Positions 34,212 to 47,246 of a stretch of DNA of 64,000 nucleotides are shown here, one piece after another (the first letter of the stretch is position 1; the number at the start of each line of letters is the position of its first letter). The stretch covers positions 8,420,198-8,484,197 of the forward strand of contig CM000151.3 of assembly GCA_000004695.1 (NCBI GenBank). The letters run 5' to 3'. The translations under genes were made by a program, and so were the position numbers. A model generated the notes under the pieces. It did not search any database. It was not told the origin of the DNA and saw nothing but the letters and a program-made list of their open reading frames with translations. This stretch comes from Dictyostelium discoideum. Its lineage: Eukaryota.

Positions 34212-34738
34212 TAATTATAGAAAATGATATAAAAGAAGAAATTATAGATTTTGATGATCCAGTTTTCATTAGTCAACAAAAATGGATTGAAAAACAAATT
34301 TATAATAATAATAATAATAGTAATAATAATAATTTTACAACACCTACTAAAACAAATGGAAATCTTAGTAATAATGCAAAATTAAACTTAACACCAACAC
34401 AAACACAAACACAAACACCAACACAAAATAATAAAAAACAAAAAACAACCAACGTATCTCCAACATCTTACAATTCAAATAATAGCTCGCAACAAAGTGG
34501 TTTGAAAAGAAGTAAATCTGATCCAAATGTAAAAAAAAATCAATTACAAACTTCTCAACCACCATCACAATCTTTAATTACTTCTTTTTTTCAAAAATGT
34601 GCATCTCCTACTTCTTTATTTTCGGCAACACCACCAACACCATCAATAACAACAACATCAAACCAATCCACTAAAAATAAAAATTCTACAACAACTACTT
34701 CTACCTCTACATCTAACAATAAACCTTTTAAAAATTGA
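31718..34738 (+). CDS. dclre1: DNA cross-link repair nuclease, SNM1/PSO2 (DCLRE1) family
   Basis: Exon 1 is 31718..32580 (phase 2, donor GTATTT), exon 2 is 32688..33585 (donor GTAAGT, phase 0), and exon 3 is 33737..34738. The metallo-beta-lactamase HxHxDH motif ([10 protein letters not shown]) spans the exon 1/2 junction. The beta-CASP region is ...[14 protein letters not shown]...HTGDFRY.... Acidic and poly-N N-terminal and C-terminal extensions. Confidence 0.8.
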
Positions 34739-35366
34739 AATAATAGTCACAACCATAATAATATTTATATAATTATCATTTATTAATTTAAAATGATACA
34801 CCTATATAAATAAAATACAACCAATAATAAAATAGTTATAATAATTAATTTAAAACTCAACCACTATATTAATTCATTTAAATTTATTTATTTATTTAGT
34901 TTTATTTATTTATTTTTTTATTTTATATATTATTTCTTTTTATTTTTTTATTTGATACCATATAATTAATATTACCGAGGTAGAGATAAAATTTAATATT
35001 TTATATAAATGACAATTATGGTTTTTTTTTTTTTTTAATTTTAACCCACATACTAAAATTGAATAATGTATAAATACAAAAATCTATAAAAATTAATAAA
35101 AGGTTATACCAAATTGATTTACATAATATTTATCATCATCATCATCATCACCACCATTAATATAATTATTATCAATATTATTTATTAATTAAAATTATTT
35201 AAAGTTTTTATTTCATTTTACTAAAAACTAATTATTCACCCCATAAAAAATAATAAAAATTAAATAAAAAAAATAATAATAAAAAAAAAAAAAAAATAAT
35301 TAATCCACATGGGTTTAAGGTGTGTGGGTGTGAATGTAGTGTAAAATTAGATATAAATAAATTTTG

Positions 35367-35397
<31 letters not shown>

Positions 35398-35902
35398 TTA
35401 ATAAATAAATAAATAAATGATTATTTACTATTGTTGTTTATAAAAAATATATATTGGTTAATGTGAACATAAAAGTATTAATCGTTAACCCCTTTTTTTA
35501 AAATCAAATGAGCCCGTTTCTAAAAAAAATTCTTTTTATATTATAACTGGGAAATGTGTCAATGTACAAAATATCTAATAATTTATTTTTTTAAATAAAA
35601 ATTGTATTAATATACAAATTTATAAAGAAAATTGTAAAAATGATCATTTTTTAATTATAATATACATAAAAAAATATCTATTTTTTTTTATTTTTTTTTT
35701 AAAAAAAAAACATATTTAAATAATTTTTAAAATCTTTTTTTTTCATTAAATAATTAATCAATTAAATAAATAATAATAATAATAATAATAATATAAATAA
35801 TTTCAATTTATTAAATAAAAAATTTTCAATTTAAAATAAATTAATAAAAAAAAAAAAAGACAATAATTATTTTTTAAATAATAATAAAAAAAAAAAAAAA
35901 AA

Positions 35903-37030
35903 ATGAAATTATTATTAATTCTAATAATTGGATTTTTAGGTAGTTTATTAATTAATAACTATGGAGTTTTATCAACAGAAATTTGTACTAATGGTATTGA
36001 TCAAGTTATTTATGATGATCAATTAGGATATACAGTTAGTGATTGGTCATGGGCAAAACCAAGAAATTTTACAAATTTCAAACCAGTTCATAGTGGTAGT
36101 TATTCAATTTCATTTGTTCCAAAGACTTATGAAGCAATTTATTTAAATCTTCAAAATCCAATTGATCCATCAATTATTTCATCTGTTAGTTTTTGGGTAC
36201 ATGGTAACAAAGTTGGCAATCAAAAGGTAATTGTTCGTTTCACTTCTAATAAGGTTGCAGTATCAAGAGACTTTTTCTTATGGGGTGATGAATCAATTAT
36301 TCTTTCAGATCCAAGTGTTTCTTCAAAAGCTTTAAGTAAAAATATTCAAGCTGGTAAATGGGTAAATGCAGTTATCAATTGTGATAAACTTGAACCAGGT
36401 CAATATGATGGTATTCAAATTGCTGCATCTGGTGAAGATGTTCAAGAGATGGTTTTCATTGATGATATTGAAGTAAACAAAAGATGCATTTCAACTAATC
36501 CATATAGAAATTTAATGAAACCAGTTTCATGTGATGGTCATGATTGTATTGTCATCAATGTAACAGAGACAAGTAGTCAAATGAGATGGTTTGCCAATGA
36601 AATTGAATACCAAAAGTATACAGTTACAATGAAAAATACAAATAACGCTGCAGTCGAAGTATTGGAATTTACTGGTGGTTGGTTTAAACCAAGAAATTCA
36701 AGTGATATTTGGAATGTTGCTTTCCTTGAAGGTGGTTACTATGGTCTTCCAGATAATGTTAAAGTAATTTATCCAGGTCAAGAATATATCTTTGGTTGTG
36801 TTTCAATTAAAGGTCCAGTATCTTTCAAAGTAAGTTATGTTGAATATGAAAATGACAAAGATCGTCTAACCAATTCAAAACCAATTGAAAGTAATTCAAA
36901 ACCACCAGTTAAAACTCCAACTGTAAAACCAACAGTAAAACCAACTATTAAACCAACTATAAAACCAACTTCAAAACCAACTACAAAACCAACTACAAAA
37001 CCAACTACAAAAACTCTTGTTTCTGCTTAA
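35903..37030 (+). CDS. Secreted protein with C-terminal (KPT)n linker-like repeats; possible carbohydrate-binding beta-sandwich domain
   Basis: Single 375-aa ORF. Signal peptide MKLLLILIIGFLGSLLINNYG. A central ~300-aa low-Cys domain is followed by TVKPTVKPTIKPTIKPTSKPTTKPTTKPTTK repeats. Family not confidently recognised. Confidence 0.55.
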   Translation: MKLLLILIIGFLGSLLINNYGVLSTEICTNGIDQVIYDDQLGYTVSDWSWAKPRNFTNFKPVHSGSYSISFVPKTYEAIYLNLQNPIDPSIISSVSFWVHGNKVGNQKVIVRFTSNKVAVSRDFFLWGDESIILSDPSVSSKALSKNIQAGKWVNAVINCDKLEPGQYDGIQIAASGEDVQEMVFIDDIEVNKRCISTNPYRNLMKPVSCDGHDCIVINVTETSSQMRWFANEIEYQKYTVTMKNTNNAAVEVLEFTGGWFKPRNSSDIWNVAFLEGGYYGLPDNVKVIYPGQEYIFGCVSIKGPVSFKVSYVEYENDKDRLTNSKPIESNSKPPVKTPTVKPTVKPTIKPTIKPTSKPTTKPTTKPTTKTLVSA

Positions 37031-37132
37031 TTAAATTATTAAACTTTATTCTTTTTTTTTTTTTTTAAAAAAAAAAAAATAATAATAATAATTTGTAATT
37101 AATTACAAAACAAATAATAATTAATTAATTAG

Positions 37133-37166
<34 letters not shown>

Positions 37167-37741
37167 CTTAACTTATAATAAAAAAAAAATAAATAAATAA
37201 ATAAAAACTTTTTAATTTAATTCAACTTTAATTTTTTATTAATTTTTTTCTAAATAATTGAATTTTTCTAAATCTAATTTATATCTAAACATAATTGTTT
37301 TAAATCTTTTTTTTTTTTTTTAAAAAAAAATTAATAAGATTTTTTTTTTTTTTTTTTTCATTTTAAAATTAATACGATTTATATTTTTTAAAGTAATTAC
37401 CTTTGATCTACCAAAACAAATGAAAAGTTTGAATTTAATTTTTCTCATTTTACTTTTGAAGCTCATTTTATTTCTTTCTTTCTCTTTGTTATTTATACAA
37501 AATAATAATATTTGTTTGAGAGTAAAATAAAAAATAATAAAAATGAAAAAAAAAAAAAAAAAAAAAAATTATAAAACAAAAACAGAACTTTTGGTCATCA
37601 GTGAAAAAATCTGCAAAAAATTAATTATTGTTTGGAAGTTTCAGACCCTAATTTTTTTTTTTTATTATTTTTTAATTTTTTTTTTATTTTTTATTTTTTT
37701 TTATTTTTATAATTTTTTTCAGATTATTGCTAAAAATTTAA

Positions 37742-38857
<1,116 letters not shown>

Positions 38858-38963
38858 AAAAAAAAAAAAAAAAAAAAATAATAATAATAAAATTAAAATT
38901 GTATATAAATTAAAATAATATTTTTGTTTTTATTTTATTTTATTTTATTTTATTTTATTTAAT

Positions 38964-40599
38964 TTAATAAAAGAATCTACCAATTGTACCATCTGGATAA
39001 ATAAAAGGGAATTTAATGAAAATAAAAATTGTAATAAAATTAATTAAAATAAAATATAAAATATCTAAAACTATTAATTGATTAACTCTTTTAAAATTTA
39101 ATTTCTTTCCTCGCATAGTTTTACTTTGTATGATGAAATTATTATAATAATGAAATTGATTTAATTGGAATAAAAAGAAAGGTACAATATAATATCTTGG
39201 TTCAACCAATGGACTTGGTAGTAAAACCATTGCAGTTGATAGGAAATAGAAAATACACCAAAGTTTTGATCTATTCTCGGAGAGTACTTTCCAAATGAAC
39301 CAAATACTATAACAATAGAATGGAATTGGTAAATAACGGCCAATGCTATACTTTTCAATAAATCTATTCCAAATATAAAATGTATAATGTCTATTATCAG
39401 ATAACAAAAATAAATGAGTATATGTAAATTTCCAAATCATTAAAACCATACCAATAATTATCACTATTAAATATTTAAAATTAATATTTTTTAAAAATTC
39501 AATTGGATCATATAGAAGAATCTTCTTTTCATTTTCATTTTGATTTCCTTCATTTTGATTTCCAAATCTCTTTAATAATGATGATATTAAAATTGATGGT
39601 AATGAAAATAACATTGTTATTAATGAAAAATAAAATAATTGTGATACATGAAATGATGATTCATGATTACTCTTATCACCAACTACAATACTACCATTAT
39701 AATAAAGAAATATTAAAAATAATATTCCAACCATTATAAATCCAATGAATTTCTTAATTATTAATAATAAATTGAAAATTGAAAATTTAATAAATTCTAT
39801 AATATCTTTAATTAAATTTAACTCTTTAAATATATAATTTTGTTTTTCTTTATTTTCTTCATATAATTTTAAAATATTATTAATTGTAATAAAAAATACC
39901 CAAATTATATTTGTTTGTCTAATCGTAACACTAATTAATCCAAACTTTTATATAGAATTAAAAATAAAAAAAATAAATTAAAAAATTAATATATATATAA
40001 ATTTTGTTTTTTTTTTTTTTTTTAAATATAAGAAAATAATTACAAATGAAGATAAATTAAATTTATTTTTTAAAGAAAATAATAATGTTAAAAATATTGA
40101 ACAAGTTGAAACTACATCTGTATAAAATAAAAAGTGAAAAAAATAAAAAATAGGGAATATTGATAAATGGATTGTTCTTAAAATGATTGTATTATTAATT
40201 GAATTTTTATTTTCTATCACTTCTTTTTGATTAATTTTTAATGATGATAATGATGATGCTGGTGATAATAATAGATTATAGGTTGAAATTTTCAAAATTT
40301 CATAAATTGAAAAAAAAGTTATTATCAAACAAAATACATTGAATGATCTTAATACAACTACTGAACAATGTGATATCCATATACCATCACCAATACCAAA
40401 CATTGATAATATATTTGAATAAATTAATGCTAAAATATATAAACCTGGTAATGTCGTTATTTTATTATCCCATTCTTTAAATTTAAATTCACAATATTTA
40501 ATAGTTTGTGGTATATGAAATATTTCATCCTTTTATTTTTAATTTAAATTAAGAAAATATTAATATTTAAAAAAAAAAAAGATTTTCATTCATGTATTG

Positions 40600-40635
<36 letters not shown>

Positions 40636-40781
40636 TAATTTCAAAAACAAACACTTACAACATATGGTTCAATTTGATTGGAATTTATAATTTTTAGAAT
40701 AGACAATGATATTATCATTATAATACCAATTACTTTACAAATTTTAAGTACATCATTTTGAATGCTTTGTAATTTATTCAT
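38964..40781 (-). CDS. alg10: Alpha-1,2-glucosyltransferase ALG10 (DIE2)
   Basis: Exon 1 is 40659..40781 (donor GTAAGT), exon 2 is 40044..40529 (donor GTAATT), and exon 3 is 38964..39944; all junctions are phase 0. The product is collinear with human ALG10: DEIFHIPQ...ITTLPGLY, RQTNIIW, VGDKSNHESSFHVSQLFYF, and the hallmark DNRHYTFYIWNR. Confidence 0.85.
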
Positions 40782-40797
40782 CTTTTTAAAAAATTTA

Positions 40798-40841
<44 letters not shown>

Positions 40842-40846
40842 AAACT

Positions 40847-40878
<32 letters not shown>

Positions 40879-41308
40879 CAAAAATTAAATTTCTAAAATA
40901 ATAATTTTGATAATATCCATATTGTTATATTTTTTTCATCAGTCAACTAGTAATTATCCTTCTAAAATCATATATAAAGAGAATTGTTGACAATGGTTCA
41001 AAGGTAAATGGGCAGCACAAAGAGAATTTTCCATTCATATAAAGAAAGAAGATTCAACTAAAATTACCGAGACAATGGGTGAATCAACTAATGAGGAGAG
41101 TATATAATTAAAGATTTATTGAACCTGAAGTTGATAAAATTTTTCAATTAAACACGTTGAAATATCACCTAATTTTTCACCAAAAGATCACATTTTCAAA
41201 TAATTTTAAAAAAATAAAATAAAAATAATATTAATAAATTTCAAAAGTTCAAAGAATGAATAATTTATAAATAAATATTTATTATTATCAAGATTAAAAT
41301 TTTATTTA

Positions 41309-42976
41309 TTAAGCTTGCATTTGAGCAGGTGGTAATTTACTTGAATTAATTTCGTTATTTTTTTCATTTTCTAATTCTTCAATTGTTTGTTCTAGTTGAT
41401 CTTGTGGAATACTAATATCTTCAGTTGTATTTTTTGAAGTTCCCAATGATTTTGGTAAATTAAAGTATAAAAATATTGTACAAAATACACCAATTCCACC
41501 AAAAATCCAAAACATTGTTGATTGACCTAAATATTCTACGACTACCAAGAAAAAGAATGATAATATTGTATTAAAAGTCCATTGACATGCATTTATTACT
41601 GGTGCACCAATACTTTTACTGTCTTCTGGTAATATTTCATTTATAACAAACCAAAACTTTTTTTTTATTAAAATAATAAATAATAAATAATAGAAAATAA
41701 TAATTAATAATTAATAAAGATTTAAAAATTAAATAATTTAAATACTTACCAATGTTCCAATTGATGCTTCAAATGCACCAACGAAAATAAATAAAAATAC
41801 AATTGAAGACCATCCTTTTGCACTACCAGTTAATACAACAAAGAACAAAGCTATTAATAAATCACAAGTTGTCATTACAATTGATCCAGTAAAAAGTAAA
41901 ACTCTTCTTCCAAGTTTATCAACTAAAAATATAGCAATTAATGTTGTTAATACATTCCATACTTGTAATGCAACTGATGCAATCTCTGGATTATTAATTC
42001 CTGCATCTTTAAAAATTGTATTTGAAAAATACATAAATGCATTTATACCTTTTAAAATTGTTTGGAAAAAAAAAAAAAAAAATTATAAAAATTAAAATAA
42101 ATTTTTTAAAAAAAAAAAAAGTATATATATAAATAATTACCAGTTAATTGAGCCAAAGTTGCTAATAATACACCAACTAACATTGGTTTTCTCATTTTTT
42201 TTGAAAAAATAATTGTAAATTTAGTACCTTGGTTATTTTGTGGTTGAGTTTCAATTTGGTTTTCATTGCTTTCTTGATTTGTTGTTGTTGTTGTTTTTGC
42301 TGATTTCTTTGCAAGAAAAACAGGAGATTCTGCAATTACAAACCAAACAAAAAACAATAAACCTCCTGGAATTGATCCCAAGCAAAACATTAATCTCCAA
42401 TTACCTTTAATAACATATGCTAAAATATTTGCAATTAAAATACCAACTGTAATTGATATCTTTATTTTTTTTAAAAAAAAAAAAAAAAAAATTAATAATT
42501 AATAAAAAAATAATTAATTTATGTTTAAATTTAAAAATAATAACTACTTGAAAAAATGAACCAAATATTCCTCTTCTTTTAATTGGTACCATTTCGGCAA
42601 CCATTAATGGGCAAACACTTGATGAAGAGCCAACACCTAAACCATGGATAAATCTTAAAATACAAATAGTTGCGACATTTTCACCTAAACCTGATCCAAT
42701 TGCACCACAAATACATGTTAAAGCAGTAAATAGTAATAATGGTTTTCTACCAAATTTATTTGCAGCAAATCCACCTGCAAATGATCCAATTAAAGCACCA
42801 ACTAAAATACTACAAACAATTACTCCTTTTATTACTGTTGATGTATTAAATTTAATTGCAATTGGGTCCAATGTACCAACAATAATACCAGTAGCATACC
42901 CAAATACTAATCCACCCAAACAACTTTGAGTTACAATTAACCATGATTTATTAGAAATATTGTCTAAATATTTCAT
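41309..42976 (-). CDS. MFS sugar porter family transporter
   Basis: Four exons on the minus strand: 42548..42976, 42141..42459, 41750..42048 and 41309..41656, giving 464 aa. Sugar-porter signatures GRKPLLL, LRFIHGLGVGSSS, PESPR-like AESPVFL, QLTG|INAFMYFSNTIFKDAG and EILPEDSKSIGAPV are present. The exon 1 donor is a weak GTAGTT, so exon 1 is the least certain. Confidence 0.7.
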
Positions 42977-43662
42977 TTTTATTATTATCAAAAAAAAAAA
43001 TGTTATAATTAATTATTAAAAAAAAAAAAAAAAAAAATGTTTTTAATGTAAACACTATATTTTTTTTGATATGTGATTATTATTATTTTTTATTTTTTTT
43101 TATTGTTATTATTTATTTATTACTGTTATTTTGTGTGTGTTGTGCCAAAGTTGTAAATAAAAGGAAAAAAAAAAAAAAAATTCATAGCTGCTATGAAATT
43201 TAAAAAAAGTAATATAGTGTGTGTGTGGGAAATTTTGTAAAATTATTCTATTTTTAATCCAACACAACCCCCATTTTTGAAATTGAAAACACGATTTGAA
43301 TAAAATTTAAATTTAATATTTGTTATTATTTTTTTTTTTTTTTTTTTTTTCTTTTTTTCAGGAAGCCTTTATTTATTAATAAAAAGGATATAAAATTATA
43401 TTTACCACAAATAATTTTTTTTTTGTATTCTTTTTTTTGATTTTTGTTTTCCTTTTTTTTCTTTTTTTTTTCTTTTTTTAATTATTAATAATTAATAAAA
43501 AGAATAATAAATTATATTACCCTAATATTTTTTTTCCCTTTTTTTTTTTTTTTTCCTTTTTTTTCATACTATGTGAATATTTTCTTTTTTTTTGACATAA
43601 TTATGTGTCTTTTTTGATTTTTTTTTTTTTGATTTTTTTTTTTTTTTTTTTAATTTTTTTGT

Positions 43663-43695
<33 letters not shown>

Positions 43696-43708
43696 ATTTA
43701 AACAAAAA

Positions 43709-45343
43709 ATGAGTCAGTTCATGATTAGATATCAAATTATAAACCTTTCAAAGGTTTTCAATTCACCAAAATCATTAAAGTATTTTTTTTTTTTTTTTTA
43801 AGGGTTGTTTTTAGAATTCTTTTCAATGGATGAATACTAATTTTTTTAAAAAAAAAAAAGTTTTATTAAAAGATATACAACATCAACAGCATCAACAACA
43901 ACAACAACAACAAATGATGATTCAAATTGGATATCAACACCAAATATTACAGTATGTGGTATTGGTGGTGGTGGTTGTAATAGTGTTAATAATATGATTA
44001 ATAAAGAATTATATGGAATTGATTTTGTAGTTGCCAATACTGATGCACAAGCATTGGCAATATCATGTAGTAGAAAGATGGTACAATTAGGAAAGACATT
44101 AACAAGAGGATTAGGAGCAGGAGCAGTACCAGAAGTTGGAAAGAAAGCAACTGAAGAATCAATTGAAGAATTAATGAATCAAATTGGTGATACACAAATG
44201 TTATTTGTCACAGCTGGTATGGGTGGTGGTACAGGTACAGGTGGAGCAGCAGTTATTGCATCAGCAGCAAAAGCCAAAGGTATTTTAACTGTTGGTATTG
44301 TAACCAAACCATTTCATTTCGAAGGTAAACATAGAATGAAATTGGCAGAACAAGGTTTGATAGAGTTGGAGAAATCAGTCGATAGTTTAATCGTTATTCC
44401 AAATGAGAAATTAATGGAACAATCACAAGAACTCTATATTGGAAATGCTTTCCAAATGGTTGATGATGTACTTTACAATAGTATTCGTGGTATCTCTGAT
44501 ATTTTAGTTAAACCAGGTTTAATTAATTTAGATTTCGCCGATGTTAGATCGATCATGTGTAATAGTGGTAAAGCATTGATGGGTGTTGGAGAAGGTGAAG
44601 GTAAAGGTCGTGATGCTATCGCAGCCAATATAGCCTTAAATAATCCATTACTCGAGAATATTAATATCTCTGGTGCAAAAGGTGTCCTTTTAAATATTGC
44701 TGGTAGTGACTTAAAATTACAAGAAGTTGATCATATCGTTAGTTTGGTTAGTAGTAAAGTTGATCCTTCTGCTAATATCATCTTTGGTTCAACTTTTGAT
44801 CAACAATTAGAAGGTAAAATTAGAGTAACTTTAATTGTTACCGGTATGGATCAATTAATACAACAACAACAACAACAACAAAAACAAACTAAAATAGAAT
44901 CTCAAGTAGAACAAAAATTACATTCAACAACAATTGTAGATCAAGAATTAAAACCAATTGAACCACAAAAATCAATAATTATAGAAGAAGAACAAGAAGA
45001 ACAACAACAACCAAAACCAATAATTCCTGGTATTTTTGTTGAACAAGAACTATTAACCACTACCACCACTGCTAATATCACACCATCACAACAAAAACAA
45101 GAATCTTTAACTCAAAATAATATATTCTCACCACCACAACAACAACAACAACAACCATCAATTAATTTACAACCAAATTACCAACAATTATATCAACAAT
45201 TATACCAACAACAACAACAACAACTACAACAACAACAACCAATAAGTTTTTTGAAAAGATTATCAAACCTTTTCTTTACAAATGGTAATAATAATAAACC
45301 TTACAATAATAATAAAAATACTCCTGGTTCAAATTATGAATAA
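43709..45343 (+). CDS. fszA: FtsZ (mitochondrial division protein)
   Basis: Exon 1 is 43709..43779 (MSQFMIRYQIINLSKVFNSPKSL, presequence-like; donor GTATTT, phase 2) and exon 2 is 43861..45343. GTP-binding N-domain ...VCGIGGGGCNSVNNM... The tubulin/FtsZ signature GGGTGTG lies in FVTAGMGGGTGTGGAAVIA. The Q-rich C-terminal extension suggests the FszA rather than FszB paralog. Confidence 0.8.
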
Positions 45344-45363
45344 AAATTAAATAGTAAAATATT

Positions 45364-45404
<41 letters not shown>

Positions 45405-45446
45405 GTTTTCATTTATACAAATTATTTATTTCATTTTTTACAATTT

Positions 45447-45482
45447 TATTTTTTGTCTTCTACTAAAATAATATGATAACTA

Positions 45483-45560
<78 letters not shown>

Positions 45561-46183
45561 TAATATAAATTACTTTTATCATTATTTCTTTATTTTATTT
45601 ATTTATTATTATTTTTACATACCCAAATTGAGTTCTAAATGGCTCACTAACAACACCAATTGGTTGATTAAAAGCTCTATCAGTAAACTCTTGGACCATA
45701 TCACCTCTACCAATATACCCTAATAGTCCTGATGCTGTCAAATATATACACATAAAATTTTGTTGTCGTTGTTAATATAAATTTAATTGATTTAAGTGGT
45801 ATATAATTTATTGTTTTTTTATTATTTTTACAAACCCTATTAATAATATATTATTAAAGATATAGTGAAAGAGAGAGAAGTTAATAAAAATAATTTCTAA
45901 AAAAATAAAAAAATAAAAAAATAAAAAAATAAATTATTAAAATAAAATTTATACAAACTCTTGCTTTATCTTCTGAATGACTTTGTGCTACAGAATTAAA
46001 AGTTTTACCAGATTTAATCAAATTAACAGCTTCCATTAATTTTGCTTCTTTTTCACATAATATATGACGTACCTTGACTTGAGTTATTCCACCCTTTGCA
46101 TCATCACCTTTACCTTTTTTATCTGCTTTTCCTCCTGCTGCTGGTTTCTTTGCATTTTTTTCTGCTGGTTTCTTTGGAGGCAT
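45447..46183 (-). CDS. Parvulin-type peptidyl-prolyl isomerase PIN4 (Par14)
   Basis: Exon 1 is about 45955..46183, exon 2 is 45623..45734 (donor GTATGT), and exon 3 is 45447..45480. Basic N-terminus [26 protein letters not shown]. Parvulin core [40 protein letters not shown]. Exon 3 gives [11 protein letters not shown], restoring the conserved GxHII active-site motif. The exon 1 donor is a non-consensus GTATAA, so that boundary is uncertain. Confidence 0.65.
45486..45560. repeat. (AAT)n microsatellite inside PIN4 intron 2
   Basis: Perfect aat run seen directly. Confidence 0.9.
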
Positions 46184-47246
46184 GTTTAAAATTTCTAATT
46201 TGCAAATTAAAAAAATAATTTAATTGATTTGTTTAGTATTTTTTTTTTTATTGTTTTTTTGAAAAAAAAAAAAAAAAAATGGGTGCAAAAAAAAAAAAAA
46301 AAAAAAAAAAATTAAAAAAAAAAAAAATCAATTTCTGTTTGGAAAATTAAATTAAATTAAAAAACCCAGTTTTGGAAATAATATTAAACAATTCATTGAT
46401 AAAAAATAATATTTGCATGGTACCAAAAAACTTTTTTTAGATTTTTTTTTTTTTATATATTTAAATTTAATTTTGAAAAAAAACAAAACAAAAAAACTTT
46501 TAATAGGATTTTTTATTAATTTCAAATAACAAATTTTTATTTATTATTTTTTTATTTTGACCTTTTTTCTTTTTTTTTTTTCTATTTTTAAATTTTTTAA
46601 AACACCAATATTGTCACAATTATTTATTAAAAACACTGCAGAGTAAATTTTTTTTTTTAAAAAAATAAAATTCTTTAACAATAAAATTTATTATTGTTTG
46701 CTTTTTTTTTTTAAAAAAAAAATATAAAAAAAAGATCTTAAATAATTTTTTGATACCATCATCGATGATATCACATCTTTGACGATTATCGTATTGTTAA
46801 CACCATGAATTAGATGATTTGATGTTCATTGGTAATATTTTTTAAAAATTTAAACCCCCTTCACTGGTGGGTTATTTTTTTTTTTTTTATTATTATTATT
46901 TTTATTATTTTTTTATTAAACAGATAAAAAACTTATTTTTTTTTTATTAAACAGATAAAAAATAATTTTTAAAAAAATAATTTATTTTTTAAAAAAAAAA
47001 AGTTAAAAATTTAAAAAAAAATTATTTTTTAAAAATAAAATTTGTTTCAAAGAAAAAAACTGGTTATTTTTTTTTTTTATTTTTATTTTTTTTTTATTTT
47101 TGTTTTTATTTTTTATTTTTTTCAATTTTTACATCCTGATTAGTTTTTTTTTTTTTTTATTTTTTTTATGTTTTTAAATTTTGTTTTTTTAAAAGTTGCC
47201 TTTATTTTTTTTTTTTTAAAAAAACAAAAATAATTTTAAAATAAAA

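Noticed and set aside
35300-35350. G/T-rich island ccacatgggtttaaggtgtgtgggtgtgaatgtagtg in the intergenic region
   Set aside because: No ORF, repeat or structural partner found. It could be a regulatory element but I cannot support a call.
42977-42991. Alternative start MIIIKMKYL for the sugar transporter (ORF track start 42991)
   Set aside because: The upstream in-frame codons are an alternative-start artefact of the track. The first ATG in good context with a conserved N-terminus is at 42976.
45881-45955. C-terminal extension of ORF 45881..46183 (-) reading [20 protein letters not shown]
   Set aside because: This is read-through into the intron. The parvulin domain continues in downstream exons that restore the conserved GYHII motif.
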